From Microcoleaceae cyanobacterium (lineage in GTDB: Bacteria > Cyanobacteriota > Cyanobacteriia > Cyanobacteriales > Microcoleaceae), in NCBI GenBank assembly GCA_051652765.1, contig JBOFUV010000130.1:1-64000 (forward strand): a DNA stretch of 64,000 nt, written 5' to 3'. Shown one piece after another: positions 62,201 to 64,000 of this stretch. The translations under genes and the position numbers were made by a program. A model generated the notes under the pieces. That model saw only the letters and a list, made by a program, of their open reading frames with translations, ran no database searches and had not been told where the DNA came from. Position 1 is the first letter of the stretch, and each line of letters starts with the position of its first letter.

Positions 62201-63999
62201 GCCCCTCTACCATCTATTCGCCCAAGGGTAATCTGACTAAAGCCATCTTGAAGTTGAGCCAGTTCCCCCAAGGTGAGATCAAAGGTTGCAGCGGAACTCG
62301 AATCAGGGGCGGCAACTAAGATATTTTGGCCCAGCGTTGCCGGTTGCAAGACTAACTCTCCATTACTTCGAAGGGGGCCAATCAAGTTGATTTCATCACT
62401 GGTTAGGGTCAGATCCCCGCCAGGGTCAAAATTCCCGCTTTGAGTGAGGCGACGGCGATCGCTCCGCCCTTGAATCCGCCCGGAATTGATGGTACTCACG
62501 GTTAGTTCTTGGTTCGCCAGCAGATCAATATTTCCTCCCGCAACTCCACCTCTCGCGTCCAGCAAGTCCAGCCTCAAGGTTTGGGGCGTGACAATCTGAA
62601 TATCACCCCCAATACCGTTGGCAGAGGTCGCATCTATACTATAGCTATCTGCAACCAGGGTAATATTCCCCGTCTGACTGGACAACGTCACATCCCCAGC
62701 CCGTTCTGATCCAGAAGTATTGATCAAGTCAATGGTCAGGTCTGCGCCTGCAAAAATATTGACCCCCCCGCCATTCCCCGTGGCTGAACCTGTTGCTTGG
62801 GTGGAAATCTCTGCTGTTGTAATCTCACTCCCCCCTGTGATGGCCAGGGTTCCACTGCGGCTCACCCCGTTCGTAAGCAGAGAGTGGGTCGTGATTATCC
62901 CCAAGGCATTGAGTGTGATGTCTCCGCCACTCCCCGTTGGGTTCGCCGTGGACAAAATCCCTGTGGTGAGATCACCGCCATTAACGGTTAGAGTAATTCC
63001 CCCACCCTGGGTAAAGAGATTACCGGCTTCAATTGCAGCGCCCGTAATCCTCAGTTCCCCGCCCTGGGTTCTGAGGGTGTCGCCCATATCCATCGTAAAT
63101 GACCCCTGGCCATTGCCATCGGCATCCGCCTGGAAAGTCACTGTTCCAGTTGTGGTGCGTAAGTTGAGTTCATTGTCGGTGAGATTATTAACTCGGATAT
63201 CATCTTTTGCTTCTAGAACCACATCTGCCGTTTCTGCCAGATTCTCCAGGGTGCTTTCAGAGAGGGTGACTTCCCTGGGTTCTGCATCGGCCAGAATCGA
63301 ATTATCAAAAAACACATCTTGACTGGGATCGGATTCCCCCACGTCTACAATGATGATGTTTTCAGGGTCTAACAATAGAGTGCCAACTGTCCCGTTAGCA
63401 CCACTCAGATCAACATTGCCTGCAACGGCCAAGTTTCCTCGGCTGGAGAGTTCGGCAAATCCCCCTACTGTTCCCCTAGCCTGAATTTGGCCAGAGAACT
63501 GGGTTGCTTCCTCTGACCAAATCACAAGCTGTCCACCGTTTCCTGAACCCAAGGCATTGGCCTTTAGGGTGGTATTGGCATCAATTAACACTCGGTTTGC
63601 TGTTGGGAGCGTTGCTGCGCCCCGATGATCTCCGCCAATTCGCAGGGTGCCGCCCTGATTCATCCCAGAGACATCGACTTTAGCTTCAATCAATCCAATT
63701 CGATCCCCCAGAATATTGACTTGAGGGGGTCTTGCCGCCATCAAATTCGTCGATTCAGCCTCGGAAGCATCAACAGTACCCGTAATAATTGTGGTTCCAG
63801 GTTGGCTGGGAATTAGCGTAGAATCCTTGCCATGAGTTGCCGTTAATTGCAGGGTGCCATCGGGCAGAACCTCTACCCCAGTTGCCGGGGTCGTTGCTGT
63901 CCCGGTCAGGAGTTCCGGTAACGACAGGGCCGAAAAAGCCTCAGTTAGTGCGGGTTCAAAGCTAGCCTGTTCAATCTCTAGGGTCAACAAACGCCCAGC
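59266..63999 (-). CDS. Large filamentous-haemagglutinin-repeat / CHAT (caspase-like) domain protein; partial, 5' end lies beyond the window
   Basis: Gly/Thr-rich beta-helix repeats (GGFAELSS...GTLLLDPENI), then a CHAT domain with HLATHGEF, LVLSACTTA and HPFYWAGF. The frame is open to the window edge. Confidence 0.92.
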   Translation of the reverse strand, partial: AGRLLTLEIEQASFEPALTEAFSALSLPELLTGTATTPATGVEVLPDGTLQLTATHGKDSTLIPSQPGTTIITGTVDASEAESTNLMAARPPQVNILGDRIGLIEAKVDVSGMNQGGTLRIGGDHRGAATLPTANRVLIDANTTLKANALGSGNGGQLVIWSEEATQFSGQIQARGTVGGFAELSSRGNLAVAGNVDLSGANGTVGTLLLDPENIIIVDVGESDPSQDVFFDNSILADAEPREVTLSESTLENLAETADVVLEAKDDIRVNNLTDNELNLRTTTGTVTFQADADGNGQGSFTMDMGDTLRTQGGELRITGAAIEAGNLFTQGGGITLTVNGGDLTTGILSTANPTGSGGDITLNALGIITTHSLLTNGVSRSGTLAITGGSEITTAEISTQATGSATGNGGGVNIFAGADLTIDLINTSGSERAGDVTLSSQTGNITLVADSYSIDATSANGIGGDIQIVTPQTLRLDLLDARGGVAGGNIDLLANQELTVSTINSGRIQGRSDRRRLTQSGNFDPGGDLTLTSDEINLIGPLRSNGELVLQPATLGQNILVAAPDSSSAATFDLTLGELAQLQDGFSQITLGRIDGRGAVTFTGDVTFQDPVLIQAPLGQINHAPLDSAKPPTLTGTGNASLTLVASQDITLGDLTTQGQAVTLTSQLGRIAVTGIQTTVPEAVGSGQSTIGQGAAIQLTANEIDFLGGSNSVQGQGILSLQPARANQPLRLGATNETAGVDLSASDWAAIANGFEQITLGRPDSTSRLTILGDLVLQDPVLLQSGGSGGAIVSEGNILGPDNVALTAQAGDNLRFNDITVGSGIQLTSVQGQVTTGNLQASGPILITAQGNIITQGLNTQTAIALTSYQGQITAGDLQLTAPLLAPSIAGNRGVTFSAFGSITTEAINTTGGQLSSDRSVSLNSRTGTIQTRDILTSGPDGGGTVTVQAGDRITIGNLNTQSPTGSGGNVTLSAPNDIEVVTVNTEGNPKGGNVDIQAGRFLRATGRFIAANQTQVSISAIGLEQEGSLVLQQGGDLAGTPFTPGDPALNGTAAAITNGEFTTSPPQAETSVSNPPAVVSDPQITINNQQATLNPNGLNGSGSDQSAILQTALNGETPEGTTLPSDSLVSEQSSLGIDEATDPSISLQDTIVRVEPTTIASDQIAQQPLANSILQIDSFRGQEFSRYLGKSTIAGSSQPSNVRQTLSDIAQITGYTPAILYVSVQKDQLELRLLLPNGQPVFKSVQVKRTELLEVARLFTNQVRLPKNFQDTEYKITGKQLYDWLILPLKPELEAQGISTLVFSMDAGLRTLPIAALFDGRQFLLETYSLGLIPSLSLTDMSYVNLKNSKVLAMGASEFLDAAQRPLPAVPLELSLIVNQYGWAGESFLNEAFTVSNLTAQRSQSQFDIIHLATHGEFKTGGTEQSYIQFWDRKLYLDELRGLKLNSPPVELLVLSACTTAVGDEEAELGFAGLAVQAGVKSALASLWYVSDAGTLGLMSQFYTALKTSTIKAEALRQAQLTMLRGEVNLNSGELPPGERAIAFTELSPPLASRSPVDLSHPFYWAGFTLIGSPW

Positions 64000-64000
64000 T

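Noticed and set aside
62720..63322. 200-aa plus-strand ORF and many other short antisense or alternate-frame ORFs (e.g. 2630-3043, 4974-5435, 25149-25646, 38708-39187)
   Set aside because: They are shadows of well-supported genes and have no recognisable motifs.

Overview
This is ordinary chromosomal backbone from a cyanobacterium, probably filamentous and motile. The HIP1 octamer GCGATCGC is abundant, and nblA, the long CpcD-type petH, psb35, crr7, cruA, ftrV, ebsA and hpsN/O/U are present. The window holds about 50 CDSs, mostly housekeeping or photosynthesis-associated, plus tRNA-Ser(GCT). It starts inside a PEP-CTERM-system integral membrane gene downstream of exosortase O and ends inside a large haemagglutinin-repeat/CHAT protease gene. 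I see no CRISPR array, prophage, intact transposase or defence island. Items the ORF track does not show include a 50-aa gene resembling the ATP-synthase inhibitor AtpTheta, an internally deleted IS5-family remnant, and a palindromic repeat inserted in frame into xrtO. There are also GTAG REP-like hairpins, several RpaB (HLR1) boxes and many 9-17 bp tandem micro-duplications. The best candidates for little-described biology are a WecB/TagA glycosyltransferase with tandem MshEN-like (putative c-di-GMP) repeats, a YrrO/YrrN-like U32 pair, and a sulfite reductase with a C-terminal ribbon-helix-helix-like tail. All family calls come from motif recognition by eye, not database searches.
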